Assembly: GCA_008369845.1 (NCBI GenBank)
Contig: MRSU01010908.1
Span: 1-48,707 of the forward strand
Direction of reading: 5' to 3'
From: Trichomonas gallinae
Taxonomy: Eukaryota
DNA: 48,707 nucleotides
The notes below the pieces were generated by a model that worked only from the letters and a program-made list of their open reading frames with translations, had not been told where the DNA came from and made no database searches. Each line of letters begins with the position of its first letter. Within the stretch, counting starts at the first letter, position 1. The position numbers and the translations under genes are program-made. Positions 1 through 10,209 of this stretch are shown here, in pieces.

Positions 1-72
1 CTCCCTAACTCAGTTGGTTAGAGTGTCAGACTGTTAATCTGGAAGTCGTGTGTTCGATCCACACGGGAGGAG
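1..72 (+). tRNA. tRNA-Asn(GTT), first ~2 nt cut off by the window edge
   Basis: Cloverleaf read by hand: D arm ACTC-AGTTGGTTA-GAGT, anticodon arm TCAGA-CT GTT AA-TCTGG, T arm GTGTG-TTCGATC-CACAC, acceptor 3' strand GGGAGGA plus discriminator G72 pairing with (TC)CTCCC. Confidence 0.96.
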
Positions 73-73
73 A

Positions 74-81
74 TTTTTTTC
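74..81 (+). terminator. Pol III oligo-T terminator of tRNA-Asn
   Basis: T-run immediately 3' of the tRNA. Confidence 0.75.
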
Positions 82-583
82 TTGTTATTATTGAGTGCTA
101 ATTTTAGCACAAATGGTCATAATATAATCAGTTGTTAGTGTTTTTCCTCATCTTACTAAATAATTCGTAGATTTTAAAAAATTTGATTTTCAAAATTATG
201 ATTAAGTCAACTCATATACTAATATTCTGATACATGATTTATCAATGAATATTACAATATATTAAATAGTTTCTTAAATCTAATAGATTGAGATATTTCA
301 CATTGAAAATCAAAGAAATTCGTTTTATTCATGTACCAGATTTATAAATTGCCATTTAAAACCAGAGAAATCAAAGAAAACACGATTTAAAAAGCAATTA
401 ACATGATGATAACAAAAATTTCTTTTCATATAAAATATCATGCTTACAAGTCAATATGATATAAATAGAATTCTAGCTATAATTGATATGCTTTACAGAT
501 CCAAACATTTTAACTATAATAGGAATAAAATTTTTAAATTAATTTACATATCAAGACAACGCGTCAACACCAAATTATCATCC

Positions 584-1612
584 TTAGTTATGCATGGCTT
601 CAAAAGCAATTTTCTTGCTTTGGATTGCCTTGATGCTTTCTTCGATCTTCGATGTGATGTGTGGTAAGCCAAATATAACTTTATCGCCTTCTATTTTAGC
701 ACCAATGTTGCCTGCAACTGACTCGAAGACCTCATTAAACTTGTCGCCAATTGTACACTTCTTCTTTAACTCATCGAGTGCAATTGAAGGATACAAGACG
801 CCACAGTCTTGAATGATTAGCTTGGCACGCTGAGTTAAGATCTTCTGCTCCCACCGACGATAAATTTTTGGCGTTGAGTACTGTTGATCAGCATCCCAAA
901 GATTTTTTACATCATTTTCAATTTTGAACCTGGTTGATACAAAACTTGCAAAGAAGTCATAACTCTTTCCATTAAGGAAGACAGCAAGACCTAAATAATA
1001 TAATAAATTAGGAACAATATCTTTTGAAAAATTTATGATGGCGTATGCCTTAAAGAAAGAATCTTCAGCTGGAATGAACTGATTTTTCAGTAATTCATTG
1101 ATTCCTTGGTAGAAATAAAGAAGGCATGAAAGTCTCGAACTTTTGAGTGGTGGATATTTGTCATCTGTTGGTACTCCTGCTCTAGCACATAGACAAAGGT
1201 AAGGAACTGAGTAAATGTTTGGATTTTGTTTAGCTAAATTTTGGAATTCCGTAAATGTGGAGTTTCCGAAGGATTTACTAGCAACAAGTGCCTGAGCATA
1301 CTTTAGAACAAGTCCAGCATATGCTATTTCTGGAAGAGGGAGTTTTAATGCAGTCTGAAATAATTGAAGTATGTAATTTGGTTCCTTTTCTGCTTCAAAA
1401 ATCAACATTCCAATATACGCATTCAAAGGATTTAACAAGCATTTCTGTAATAAATTAGCTTTTGTCCCTTTTGATTTTTGAAGTAGCTTTGTGTTCCAGT
1501 CAACATAGGACTGGTATAAGTTGTACTTTTCTAGATTGTGCTCAGACATATTTGGGAATAAGAAGGTTTCAGTTTGCCCAAGATCAAAACTTGGGGAAAA
1601 TTCTGAAAGCAT
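584..1612 (-). CDS. PCI-domain protein, COP9 signalosome subunit 3-like
   Basis: First ATG at 1612 (the track start is TTG). LLYFYQG...F..A...F and C-terminal IQDCGVLYPSIALDEL...IGAKIEGDKVIF resemble the CSN3 helical repeat and PCI winged helix. Confidence 0.6.
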   Translation of the reverse strand: MLSEFSPSFDLGQTETFLFPNMSEHNLEKYNLYQSYVDWNTKLLQKSKGTKANLLQKCLLNPLNAYIGMLIFEAEKEPNYILQLFQTALKLPLPEIAYAGLVLKYAQALVASKSFGNSTFTEFQNLAKQNPNIYSVPYLCLCARAGVPTDDKYPPLKSSRLSCLLYFYQGINELLKNQFIPAEDSFFKAYAIINFSKDIVPNLLYYLGLAVFLNGKSYDFFASFVSTRFKIENDVKNLWDADQQYSTPKIYRRWEQKILTQRAKLIIQDCGVLYPSIALDELKKKCTIGDKFNEVFESVAGNIGAKIEGDKVIFGLPHITSKIEESIKAIQSKKIAFEAMHN

Positions 1613-1830
1613 TGTCAAAATTAAAAATAATCGTTGTCAAAATTTTTGTCAGTTTTTTTTTTAAAAAATTACAAAAATTTGTCATATAATGATCAAATAA
1701 TTGTCATTCACATAAATTTATATAATTTGCCATGTAATTATCAATTTTTTGTCATATCTTTTTTAAAAGATCAAAATTTGCCATATAATTTTCAAATTTT
1801 GTCATTATTTTACAGCATTAGAATTTGCCC
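1613..1830 (-). promoter_or_regulatory. Oriented cluster of TGACA/TGGCA motifs upstream of the CSN3-like gene
   Basis: TGTCA on + at 1613, 1635, 1647, 1680, 1702, 1750 and 1800; TGCCA at 1728 and 1779; all in one orientation. Confidence 0.55.
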
Positions 1831-1943
1831 TGTAATTGCGTTTATCATATGATAAGTTATATAAAAATATATTTATATATTGATAGTTATTCGTATGAGT
1901 TTAATTTATAGTACAAATCAAGTATATAAAGGTCTATCAAAAT

Positions 1944-3032
1944 TTATTTGCCGCGAACAAGGCTCTGGAGCTGTTCATCTTCTTTCCAAACATTAACTAA
2001 CATTTCAAGGAACTTAACGTCGCGGACGCCAAGTCTCAAAGCTGTTGGGCAGCCATAATCATCGCAGTGTCTGACTGGAAGACCGTTGTTAAAAGCTATT
2101 TCTGTGGCTCTCTCAGCAGCTTCCTTGGAGTGTAAGTCAACATAGACATAAGGAACCCAAGATGGGGCGTTTTCGTAGACTTCACCACCGAATTCCTTCA
2201 AAAGCTTGCGCATTTCTTCATTCCACTTTGGTGTAATATCCCACATTCCCTGGAAGTATGTGGTATCGTGGATTGCTGAGACAAAGAAAGCTTGCGCGAA
2301 GCCATTAACTGTCCAAGGAGCCTGGATCTTGGCAATTCTGTTGATCATGTTTTCTGATGAGATAACTGTGCCTAAGCGGAGGAGTGGGCACGCGAGAACT
2401 TTCGTCCATGATGTAAGAACAATGATTCTATCTCCGAATTCTGGGATAAGCTTGATTGCGGAGTGGTTTAACCAGTCTGGGCCTTGGCACATGACGAAAG
2501 ACTCATCAATAATGAATGTTGACTTAGAATCGCGTGCAATAATTTCTCTCATCTGTTCGATGTCGATGAATTCGCCATTAACTGAGTTAGGATTAACTAT
2601 GATCGTGACTGTAGCATCGCCGTTGTCAACATCTGTCTGGATTTGTCCGGCATTTGTAAATGCGCGCTTGAACTCTAAATACTGGACTGTTGTTGGATAT
2701 GGGCGCCATGTTGTGCCTGGTTCCCAGATGCGGGACAGAATATCGATGAATTCTGAAGCGCCGTTGCCTACACGGACCTGGAATGGAGAGATTCCGAGGA
2801 CATCGGCGACGTGGCATCTTGGGACCCACGCATCTTGATCTGGGTAGTGCTCGATATCAGAGAAAACGGCCTTAGCAGCTTCAATGGCGTGTGCTGGGGG
2901 GCCTGTAACATTTGTTGTGACAGAGAAATCACACTTGAAGTCTGGGCAGTATCTGAATGACTGGCCACCATGGTAGCACTGCACTGGTGGGCGTGGATAC
3001 TTAGTCAATGGGTCAATGCCGTCTCCAAACAT
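1944..3032 (-). CDS. Fold-type I PLP enzyme (class I/II aminotransferase family), CobD/threonine-phosphate decarboxylase-like
   Basis: 362 aa from ATG 3032, with TCA Inr-like motif just upstream. Motifs HGG, DFSVTTN..GPP, HYPD, GNGASE, NPNS, DESF, SWTK (PLP lysine), LRLG, VRHC..Y...LRLGVR. Confidence 0.85.
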   Translation of the reverse strand: MFGDGIDPLTKYPRPPVQCYHGGQSFRYCPDFKCDFSVTTNVTGPPAHAIEAAKAVFSDIEHYPDQDAWVPRCHVADVLGISPFQVRVGNGASEFIDILSRIWEPGTTWRPYPTTVQYLEFKRAFTNAGQIQTDVDNGDATVTIIVNPNSVNGEFIDIEQMREIIARDSKSTFIIDESFVMCQGPDWLNHSAIKLIPEFGDRIIVLTSWTKVLACPLLRLGTVISSENMINRIAKIQAPWTVNGFAQAFFVSAIHDTTYFQGMWDITPKWNEEMRKLLKEFGGEVYENAPSWVPYVYVDLHSKEAAERATEIAFNNGLPVRHCDDYGCPTALRLGVRDVKFLEMLVNVWKEDEQLQSLVRGK

Positions 3033-3089
3033 TGATGAAAAATAGAATTTCACATATTCAGAGGCCTTTTGGTCAGATCCTCTCAATTT

Positions 3090-3151
3090 GATGTCACGTT
3101 TCGATCGGGATGTCACATTTATTGTCACGTTTCGTTCGGAATGTCATGTTT
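3090..3151. repeat. Two tandem 31-bp units, each with two TGTCA motifs, upstream of the PLP enzyme
   Basis: gatgtcacgtttcgatcgggatgtcacattt / attgtcacgtttcgttcggaatgtcatgttt. Confidence 0.8.
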
Positions 3152-3827
3152 TTAACTATCATCATATTTATACTTATTTACTTTTTAATAATGTTTTTAT
3201 CATGTTTTCATTTTTATGACAAAAATGTAATTACACGTCAAAATATTATTTTAGCTTTTCATCAGAATAATCCCCATATTTCCATGTATTTATTTGTGTC
3301 TAATGTTTTTATCATGTTTTTAAATATATGACAAAAATATTATAGAATCATTTGTCACTTTTATCCCAAAAATTATTTGAAAACCCCTCTTATAACTTTT
3401 TGCTTAAATTAAGCATAGCAATTATCAAAGATTCGGACATCTGGTCTTTCCAGCATAATCTCTGCGAATTAAGGCTGTATAGACTATATGTAACTTATAC
3501 TTGAAAAACACATTAATGCACGAAGAGGCAACTTTAACATAAAAGGCGTATTTGCAAAATTCTCGAATGTTAAGCTCTCAATTCTGAAATATTGCACATC
3601 CACCTTGTAATAACGATTCCATTATTGCTTAGAGTCATAATGAAGTACTATAGTATAAACTGTTGAGTCAATCAAATTTTGCTGTTATAGATTCAATAAA
3701 CGCAACATATTATTTATGGAAATGATTTATTGTATCAAGAGTGCATTGAACTTTATATGCGATTTATGAGAATGTAATATAATATTGAACTTTAGAATAA
3801 ATAACAAAGAATAAAATATATATAATA

Positions 3828-6800
3828 TTAAATAAGACCAAATTCATGGAGCGTGTTATTACATAACACAGTTTCGTTGTTTTCAAACTCTTTGCACTTT
3901 TCGATATCATGTGTTGCTTTTACAACACCATTTCCAGATTGCATTGATTCATTTCCGATGATTTCAAGTCTCTTTGATAGAATAAGCAATCTTGGGATAC
4001 AATGGGCGTTGAAATCGTTAATTGCCAATGAGAAAACAGGGGAAGCAGTTCCACAAAGAGAACGAGAAGCACTGAGTCCTCCACTCGAATGCAAATTTGT
4101 TGCAAATCGGCAAAATTCTGTTATTTGGGAAGATACAGACTGGAAATTATGATTCATTGTTGCAACCAATGTAGAGAAAGGCGGAGAAGGTGCTCTAAGA
4201 CACTGGGGCTTTGTGATTATTGACAAAATATCTTTTTCATTTTGATTCTTCATTTGAATATTTTCAACATTTTGCGATTCATCATAAAATGGTGAATTTT
4301 TGTATAAAGAAAGAATCTGCTGTGAGTGGGGCTCTCTTGATAAGCAGAAGACAGAAGAAGATCTCGCTACAATTGATGATATGATCTGTTTATCGTGCGA
4401 TGATGTCAGATGCTTTGTGCAATGCTGCACGAAAACATATAATGCTTTGTGTCCAGCTGATCCAAAAATTGAAAATAAACCAATAATCATGTCGGAGTAA
4501 AACTGATATGGCTTGTTGATGAATAAGCAGAAGGCAACGAATCCACCATCATCGTGGAATATACTGGCATACTTGCAAATCCAAATGGGCCAAAAAGTTA
4601 CACGTGAAGTTTTGTTTGCGAAATTAAACATTTCATTTCCTTCATCAAGTTTTATAAAGTTCATGAAATCTTTCTTGATTCCGAACTGAGAACAAATCTT
4701 CAGCGCGAAATGCAACAAAAGAGGGCATTTGATGCATCCGAGATAGAACAAATCAGACAATTTTTGCGCAATTTCGTTATTTTCTACTGATAAAGTCGAT
4801 AAAATCAAAAATAGACAATCTTCTGAATCTATTTCGTGGTCATCATCATTTTCGCTAAAATCTGTTTTGTCTTTGATCCTTCCATCACATATTATTGCCA
4901 ATGTTTCGCATACTTTGTAGATGTCTTCAGCATTCGGATAATTTGATATGTATTTTGATATTATAGAAACAATTCTGAATAAAAGTTTGTCGCCGATAAA
5001 ATCTGAAATTGCTATCAATGTTGAACAGAAGAAAGAAACAAGTTTCGATTGTCCTTCATTGGCTGCTATCGATATGTGTCCAGCAAGAGAGATTCCATCA
5101 GCGTCGACAAATCCACGAGATTTGCAGCATTGTTGTAAAATCTTACAGCAACAACCAAAAACATTTTCTTCTTTTGTTGCCAAGTTTTTCCTAAACAAAC
5201 CTAATAATGTTCTAAACCCATAATAAGCGAATATATAATTTCCAAATGAGCTTGTTAGTGTTTCTCCAACATGTTGCAAACTTCTTAGACAAACTGATGT
5301 TGACGTTTCAAGCCATAAATCTATCCTACAGACAATTCGGCACAAGAAGTTTACATCGCGCGTAATTTCATATATATCGCAAGCTGTTGAAAAAGCTCTG
5401 AAAGGAAGTGATTTGGCTGTCAGATACATATAATGGCTGAAGCATCTGATCAAATCTTGCGTATGCTTAAAATCGCAGAACTTCAAAATATCAAGCAATC
5501 TGACGCAAAAATCTCCGCCGCGCTCTGGACAGTAACTGAACAAAGGAAGCATGCAGTCTGTCATGAACTTTCTCTCTTTGACAGCAGTAAGGATGGAGTC
5601 CAATTCTTCGATTGGAGGAAGATTGGAGAGATTCAATAAGTCTCCTGTTATTGACTCAGGCCTTGAATACATTTCAACCATTTCCTGTTTAATTGCTTTT
5701 GTATATGGGCAAAGTCTGAATGGGCCAATCCTGCATAAAGTGTTTGTTGAGATTTTAGACTTTTTCGTGTTGAGTTTTCTCATTCCTCCGACGCGAACAA
5801 TCGAAGGACCTTTAGATATAGCATCTCTTACAAGAAAAGCAAGAGATTTTTCTGCATTTATGCTGAAAGCTATCTGAGCGTTATCATCACCGCGCGGTCT
5901 GATCGATAATGTAATGAATGTCCAGGTGCAGCTTGGAAAATTGGGACAAAGGACAATAGAACTTGTCGACGTTCCAAATCTCGAGAATAAAATGCAGTGA
6001 AGCGATGTTCCGCTTAAAAACACGCTGATTCCATCTCCATAGCCTTCGGTGAATGTCAAAGAGAACAGAGTGCACTGCGATGCTTGTATCTCTGAATATG
6101 CTTTGTCAAAATAAACCCATGCAGAGAAAGAGAAACCGCCAGAGAAATCTGATGTTATTTCAAATGTCAATGCTTTGTTTTCTTTGGCGAAAATGTGCGT
6201 CACGTGCGGTAATCTTCCTCTTTCGCATAATGCCATCGATAAAATGTTTAATATTTCTTCGCTGAATTTTACGTTCTTCTGTTTTGAAATTGAAGTCAAA
6301 GCATTGAGAGATTCGAAGTTGCAGCTGAATGACAAAATTTTTGTAAGCAAAGGAAAAATCAAAATATTATAATCTTCATCGAGTAAATCAATTGGAAAAG
6401 TATGTCCATCGAATTCAACTTTTTCTTTACCGAATGATTTGATTAATTCGCATAAAAAGATATCTAATCTTCCAATATGGAATTGGGTGCAGTTTGTTGT
6501 AGAATATTCGCCAAGTTTAACATAGAACTCGAGTGATTTTTTGAGGCTTTCGCCAATCAATAAAATCGGGACAATAAAACTTGGCTCTTCAATCAAAATC
6601 AATCCTTGTTGACTGACGTTTTTCCTAGACAATAGCAAACAATGAGAAGGCACGTTTATCGAGATATCATTGTCATCTTTGCTGTTGTCGCGTATTCTTT
6701 GGCATAGCACATATTTCTCTTCCAATGACGGCGAATAAAGGTCACCGATTATAAAAGTAATCAATAATGATAAAGATCCGAATGAATCTGGATTATTGAC

Positions 6801-8711
6801 GTAGTGAGAATAAACACAAGGACAGATTCCTTTGTATGTGTTTATATACGATGGTCTTGATGCTAAATTATCATTGATCTGCTCAAATAAAATCGAAAGA
6901 CATTCGAAAGGCAAATCTTTTGTTTCCATTAATTCAGGGAGTGAATATTGTATATCTTCTCCTTGATAAAGATTATTGTGGAGTATAGTAATGATGCCAG
7001 CTGAACAGTTCGCTGACAAAAGATGAAGTAATAAAGCAAGCATGAATTTCGATGATGAAATGAATGGACTTGGACATAATGGTAAAATTGTTATACAGTA
7101 ATCATACAAAAGTGACCAAATCGATTGCGTTTTATCTGTTTTTAAGTCTGAAAGATTTATCACTGCTGCGCTGTAAAGCGACTTACCAATTATATCGGCG
7201 AACTCTTTGTTGACAATCAGATTGCATATCGAATTATTCATCTGTTGAACGCAAAACCTTAATATTTCACTGATTTGATAAAAATTATCAGAAAAAATAC
7301 TCAAAAACTGCGAGAAGAATGAAGGGAAGTAGTTGATGATTATATTGATAAAGAATGACCTCATTTCGAATAATTTGTCAGCAAAGCTTTTGTCTGTTAT
7401 AGGGAAGAAAGCTGAAAATTTGTCCGAGAATAAAAATGTTTTTTCTGCAATTTGCTTTAACAGATCGAAAATGAACTGGTTGTCTTCTGTTTTGGTTTCT
7501 AGTATCGATGAAACGAGTAATAGCGAAAAAGCAAAGAAAGAAAGATTTTGATCAATATTTGATTTTTGATAATATTCGAAATAACTATCACAGAAGTTTT
7601 CAATAAACACTTTCTTCATATCTTTGCTTGTTGCTGATATTAATGGGCGTAAAACACCTAATGCTTCCAGACTGATTTCGTTTAAATATTTTTCTTCAAT
7701 GATTTCGCTGTTTGACGTCGACAGTTTCGCGTTCTCTTCGTTTATGCTTGGGCTGAGGTTCTTGAATGTTCTATAGAAAGTCTGTGTTTCTTCGATTTTC
7801 TGCAGCAAATTTTTGAAATCATTTATGTTTTCAGTGAAATTCGAGTCGAAAAACAAAGAAGATTCTTCAGTGAAAAACAGTGAAACAACACTGACGGCCA
7901 GTTTTCCTACAATAGATTTAAGGCCTTCCACGTCGATCTTCGTTGCATCTGCTTTGTAGACGTCAAAAATCGTTGCAAAAAGTGAGCCAATGTCGCCATC
8001 ATTGGGGAACATGTTTTGGCTGATGATATCGAGCAGGATGTTGTAGTTTATGCCTGATTGCAGTGTATTCTGCACGAAATACGCAAGAAAAGCTGTTAAT
8101 GAAGTTATTGATCGTCTTGCTCCAGAATTGAAGCAGCTATGTAAAAGAGAACAAAGTATTTCGAAACATATATTGTGATCAGATGGTTCTTGACATTTTT
8201 TGCGCAAAATATTGCAGATATTCGATATATCTTCTGTCGATGGACAGGCTATGCTAGTTTTTTCCATGTGCTTTGCGATTAATGAGAATACACATAATGT
8301 GTCGTTGCTTAAATGCATTCGTAAAATGTTGCAAAACGGAGGAAAAATAATAATTGAATTCGATAAATTGATTTGTTCAGATTCTGCCGAAGTGTGACGT
8401 ATTGTAGATATACAACAACATAAAAATGCGAGAATTAGTTCATCATTTAAATCATTTTTATGTTGAATTAAACAACAACGAGAAACAATGTCGTTACTAA
8501 ACTGAAAATAATTCGAAATGGTTTGTATAACATCATACAATGGAGTTCCAATCGATAACATATTTGTAATCGTTTGTATTCCTTTTGTATTGAAATTAGG
8601 GAATTTATATTGACTGTTTTCTGACTGGTTCAACGATGAAATTCGCTCCAAAAATGATTTCAGCCACGCCGTTTTATAGTCGGACTCTTTCGGAGGCGTG
8701 GCCGAATTCAT
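3828..8711 (-). CDS. Large helical protein with a neurobeachin/LRBA-like ConA (laminin G-like) domain; no recognisable BEACH or WD40
   Basis: ORF of 1653 aa (alternative ATG 8789; ATG 8711 follows AAAGTGAC). GFSFSAWVYFD...TLFSL...WTFITLSI resembles the lectin-like domain of BEACH-family proteins. Confidence 0.55.
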   Translation of the reverse strand: MNSATPPKESDYKTAWLKSFLERISSLNQSENSQYKFPNFNTKGIQTITNMLSIGTPLYDVIQTISNYFQFSNDIVSRCCLIQHKNDLNDELILAFLCCCISTIRHTSAESEQINLSNSIIIFPPFCNILRMHLSNDTLCVFSLIAKHMEKTSIACPSTEDISNICNILRKKCQEPSDHNICFEILCSLLHSCFNSGARRSITSLTAFLAYFVQNTLQSGINYNILLDIISQNMFPNDGDIGSLFATIFDVYKADATKIDVEGLKSIVGKLAVSVVSLFFTEESSLFFDSNFTENINDFKNLLQKIEETQTFYRTFKNLSPSINEENAKLSTSNSEIIEEKYLNEISLEALGVLRPLISATSKDMKKVFIENFCDSYFEYYQKSNIDQNLSFFAFSLLLVSSILETKTEDNQFIFDLLKQIAEKTFLFSDKFSAFFPITDKSFADKLFEMRSFFINIIINYFPSFFSQFLSIFSDNFYQISEILRFCVQQMNNSICNLIVNKEFADIIGKSLYSAAVINLSDLKTDKTQSIWSLLYDYCITILPLCPSPFISSSKFMLALLLHLLSANCSAGIITILHNNLYQGEDIQYSLPELMETKDLPFECLSILFEQINDNLASRPSYINTYKGICPCVYSHYVNNPDSFGSLSLLITFIIGDLYSPSLEEKYVLCQRIRDNSKDDNDISINVPSHCLLLSRKNVSQQGLILIEEPSFIVPILLIGESLKKSLEFYVKLGEYSTTNCTQFHIGRLDIFLCELIKSFGKEKVEFDGHTFPIDLLDEDYNILIFPLLTKILSFSCNFESLNALTSISKQKNVKFSEEILNILSMALCERGRLPHVTHIFAKENKALTFEITSDFSGGFSFSAWVYFDKAYSEIQASQCTLFSLTFTEGYGDGISVFLSGTSLHCILFSRFGTSTSSIVLCPNFPSCTWTFITLSIRPRGDDNAQIAFSINAEKSLAFLVRDAISKGPSIVRVGGMRKLNTKKSKISTNTLCRIGPFRLCPYTKAIKQEMVEMYSRPESITGDLLNLSNLPPIEELDSILTAVKERKFMTDCMLPLFSYCPERGGDFCVRLLDILKFCDFKHTQDLIRCFSHYMYLTAKSLPFRAFSTACDIYEITRDVNFLCRIVCRIDLWLETSTSVCLRSLQHVGETLTSSFGNYIFAYYGFRTLLGLFRKNLATKEENVFGCCCKILQQCCKSRGFVDADGISLAGHISIAANEGQSKLVSFFCSTLIAISDFIGDKLLFRIVSIISKYISNYPNAEDIYKVCETLAIICDGRIKDKTDFSENDDDHEIDSEDCLFLILSTLSVENNEIAQKLSDLFYLGCIKCPLLLHFALKICSQFGIKKDFMNFIKLDEGNEMFNFANKTSRVTFWPIWICKYASIFHDDGGFVAFCLFINKPYQFYSDMIIGLFSIFGSAGHKALYVFVQHCTKHLTSSHDKQIISSIVARSSSVFCLSREPHSQQILSLYKNSPFYDESQNVENIQMKNQNEKDILSIITKPQCLRAPSPPFSTLVATMNHNFQSVSSQITEFCRFATNLHSSGGLSASRSLCGTASPVFSLAINDFNAHCIPRLLILSKRLEIIGNESMQSGNGVVKATHDIEKCKEFENNETVLCNNTLHEFGLI

Positions 8712-9306
8712 TTTAAATTGAATATTAGTGTCACTTTTTAAAATCTGAATTTTATCCATCTTTTGCCACGTAAACTCCCATCCTGACATGTAAACAACAA
8801 AATGACAAATTGATTGTTTTCAGCTATTTCTCCTTTTTATAAATCGCCATCATATAATTTTGGCTCAATATCTCATTAATATTGGATATATATGAATAAT
8901 ACTTACAAAGAGAGATTAAATCATTAAATTCATGAAATAAAATAGTTATTGTTTAATGTGAAATGCATCATTATATTAAACTATATTCACATAATCATAT
9001 TTACATAATGACTATTGATAGCTTAAGTTTTTTGATAATATTGGGGAATAAAACTTATTTTTTTTTTTCCAATCAATGCAAAGTGAAACTATGCTTCAGG
9101 AGCAATTAACTAATTTGATGACAAAATTTCAATTTAAAACCAATATCTTTTTGATTTTTGAATGATTAAATAATATACTTTTTACTTATATAACAATTAA
9201 GTAATTAGCTTATTAATGGAATATATCAGGATATTAGTGTTTGATAGTTAATTTTCGAGAAATTATATAACGTTTGCTGTCCTAAAAAACAAGAGCGTAT
9301 TTCAAT

Positions 9307-9615
9307 TTAGCTGTCTAATCTGCTCATATCTGTAATAGCAATAAGTACTTCTTCGTCACCTGGAGCAATCATTATTTCTTCTTTACCTGATTTAAAGTGT
9401 AAGAATGTCAAATCATTTGAAACGTCAAGGTTTCTAACGAGTATCTTTGCTTGTTCAACGAAAGGATAAGCTTTTTCTTGAGCCGTTTGAATTAACTTTT
9501 GATTTTCTTTTGTAACTTCTGGATATATAACCTCACCATCTTTTCCAATAAGCAAGGCCAGTTTAATTGCTTTGTTGTTTTCAAGTTTCTTGAGAGTTGC
9601 TTGGTATTCACTCAT
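9307..9615 (-). CDS. Dynein light chain roadblock/LC7 family protein
   Basis: 102 aa; VRNLDVSNDLTFLHFKSGKEEIMIAP matches the roadblock consensus VRDxDPxNDLTFLRIRSKKxEIMVAP. Confidence 0.9.
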   Translation of the reverse strand: MSEYQATLKKLENNKAIKLALLIGKDGEVIYPEVTKENQKLIQTAQEKAYPFVEQAKILVRNLDVSNDLTFLHFKSGKEEIMIAPGDEEVLIAITDMSRLDS

Positions 9616-9624
9616 TAAATAATA

Positions 9625-10193
9625 ATTAAACAGGGTCTTTTTAAGTTTACACCCCTATAATAACGTTTTGAATTAATTAAGGTTATATTAAACAGGGTCG
9701 TTATCCCTAAAACTTATTAAGGTTAAACATGATAAGTGGTGAAAAATAATCATTTTTCGCATAAACGCGTATATATTCACGAGAATAAGCTGCTTTTGTA
9801 GAAAATTAACTTTCTCTCACTTTGAAAAAATAGGAGCAGCAATATCATTGAATATTTAGATAAAAAGTGCAAAATGATACATGTTTCGTAGATTTTTTTT
9901 TCTTAAAGCTACTATACAGACGGTACCTACGAAAGTTGGGCTAAACAAAGCTGCTTCTATTGGCTTGATTCTCTATTTCTCACAACTACTACCTCTCGCC
10001 CACAGAATCTTCATATTCATTTCTCCTTATATTCATAGACTCAACATTCTGATCATATATAATGATTTTTGTTGTTGAAACTAAATGTTATGATGGCAAT
10101 AAAGTCGTTTCTTTATTATATATATAGATAAGGTTATATTAAGTAGGGTCTACACGTGTAAGGACCCTAAAAATTTTAAAATAAGGTTATATA
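9625..10193. promoter_or_regulatory. Divergent intergenic region with a duplicated TAAGGTTATATTAA-nn-AGGGTC...CCCTAAAA...TAAGGTTA module
   Basis: Copies at 9678-9725 and 10129-10189; partial copy ATTAAACAGGGTC at 9625-9637. Confidence 0.6.
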
Positions 10194-10209
10194 CAAACGC
10201 TTTTCATAT

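Noticed and set aside
2206..2838. 210-aa + strand ORF, plus the many 60-175 aa ORFs overlapping long genes
   Set aside because: Antisense or alternate-frame shadows of well-supported CDSs with no motifs; 18751-19104 is just the antisense of the PAKK repeat.
9881..10078. 65-aa ORF between the duplicated promoter modules
   Set aside because: No motif or coding signature; cannot be supported as a gene.
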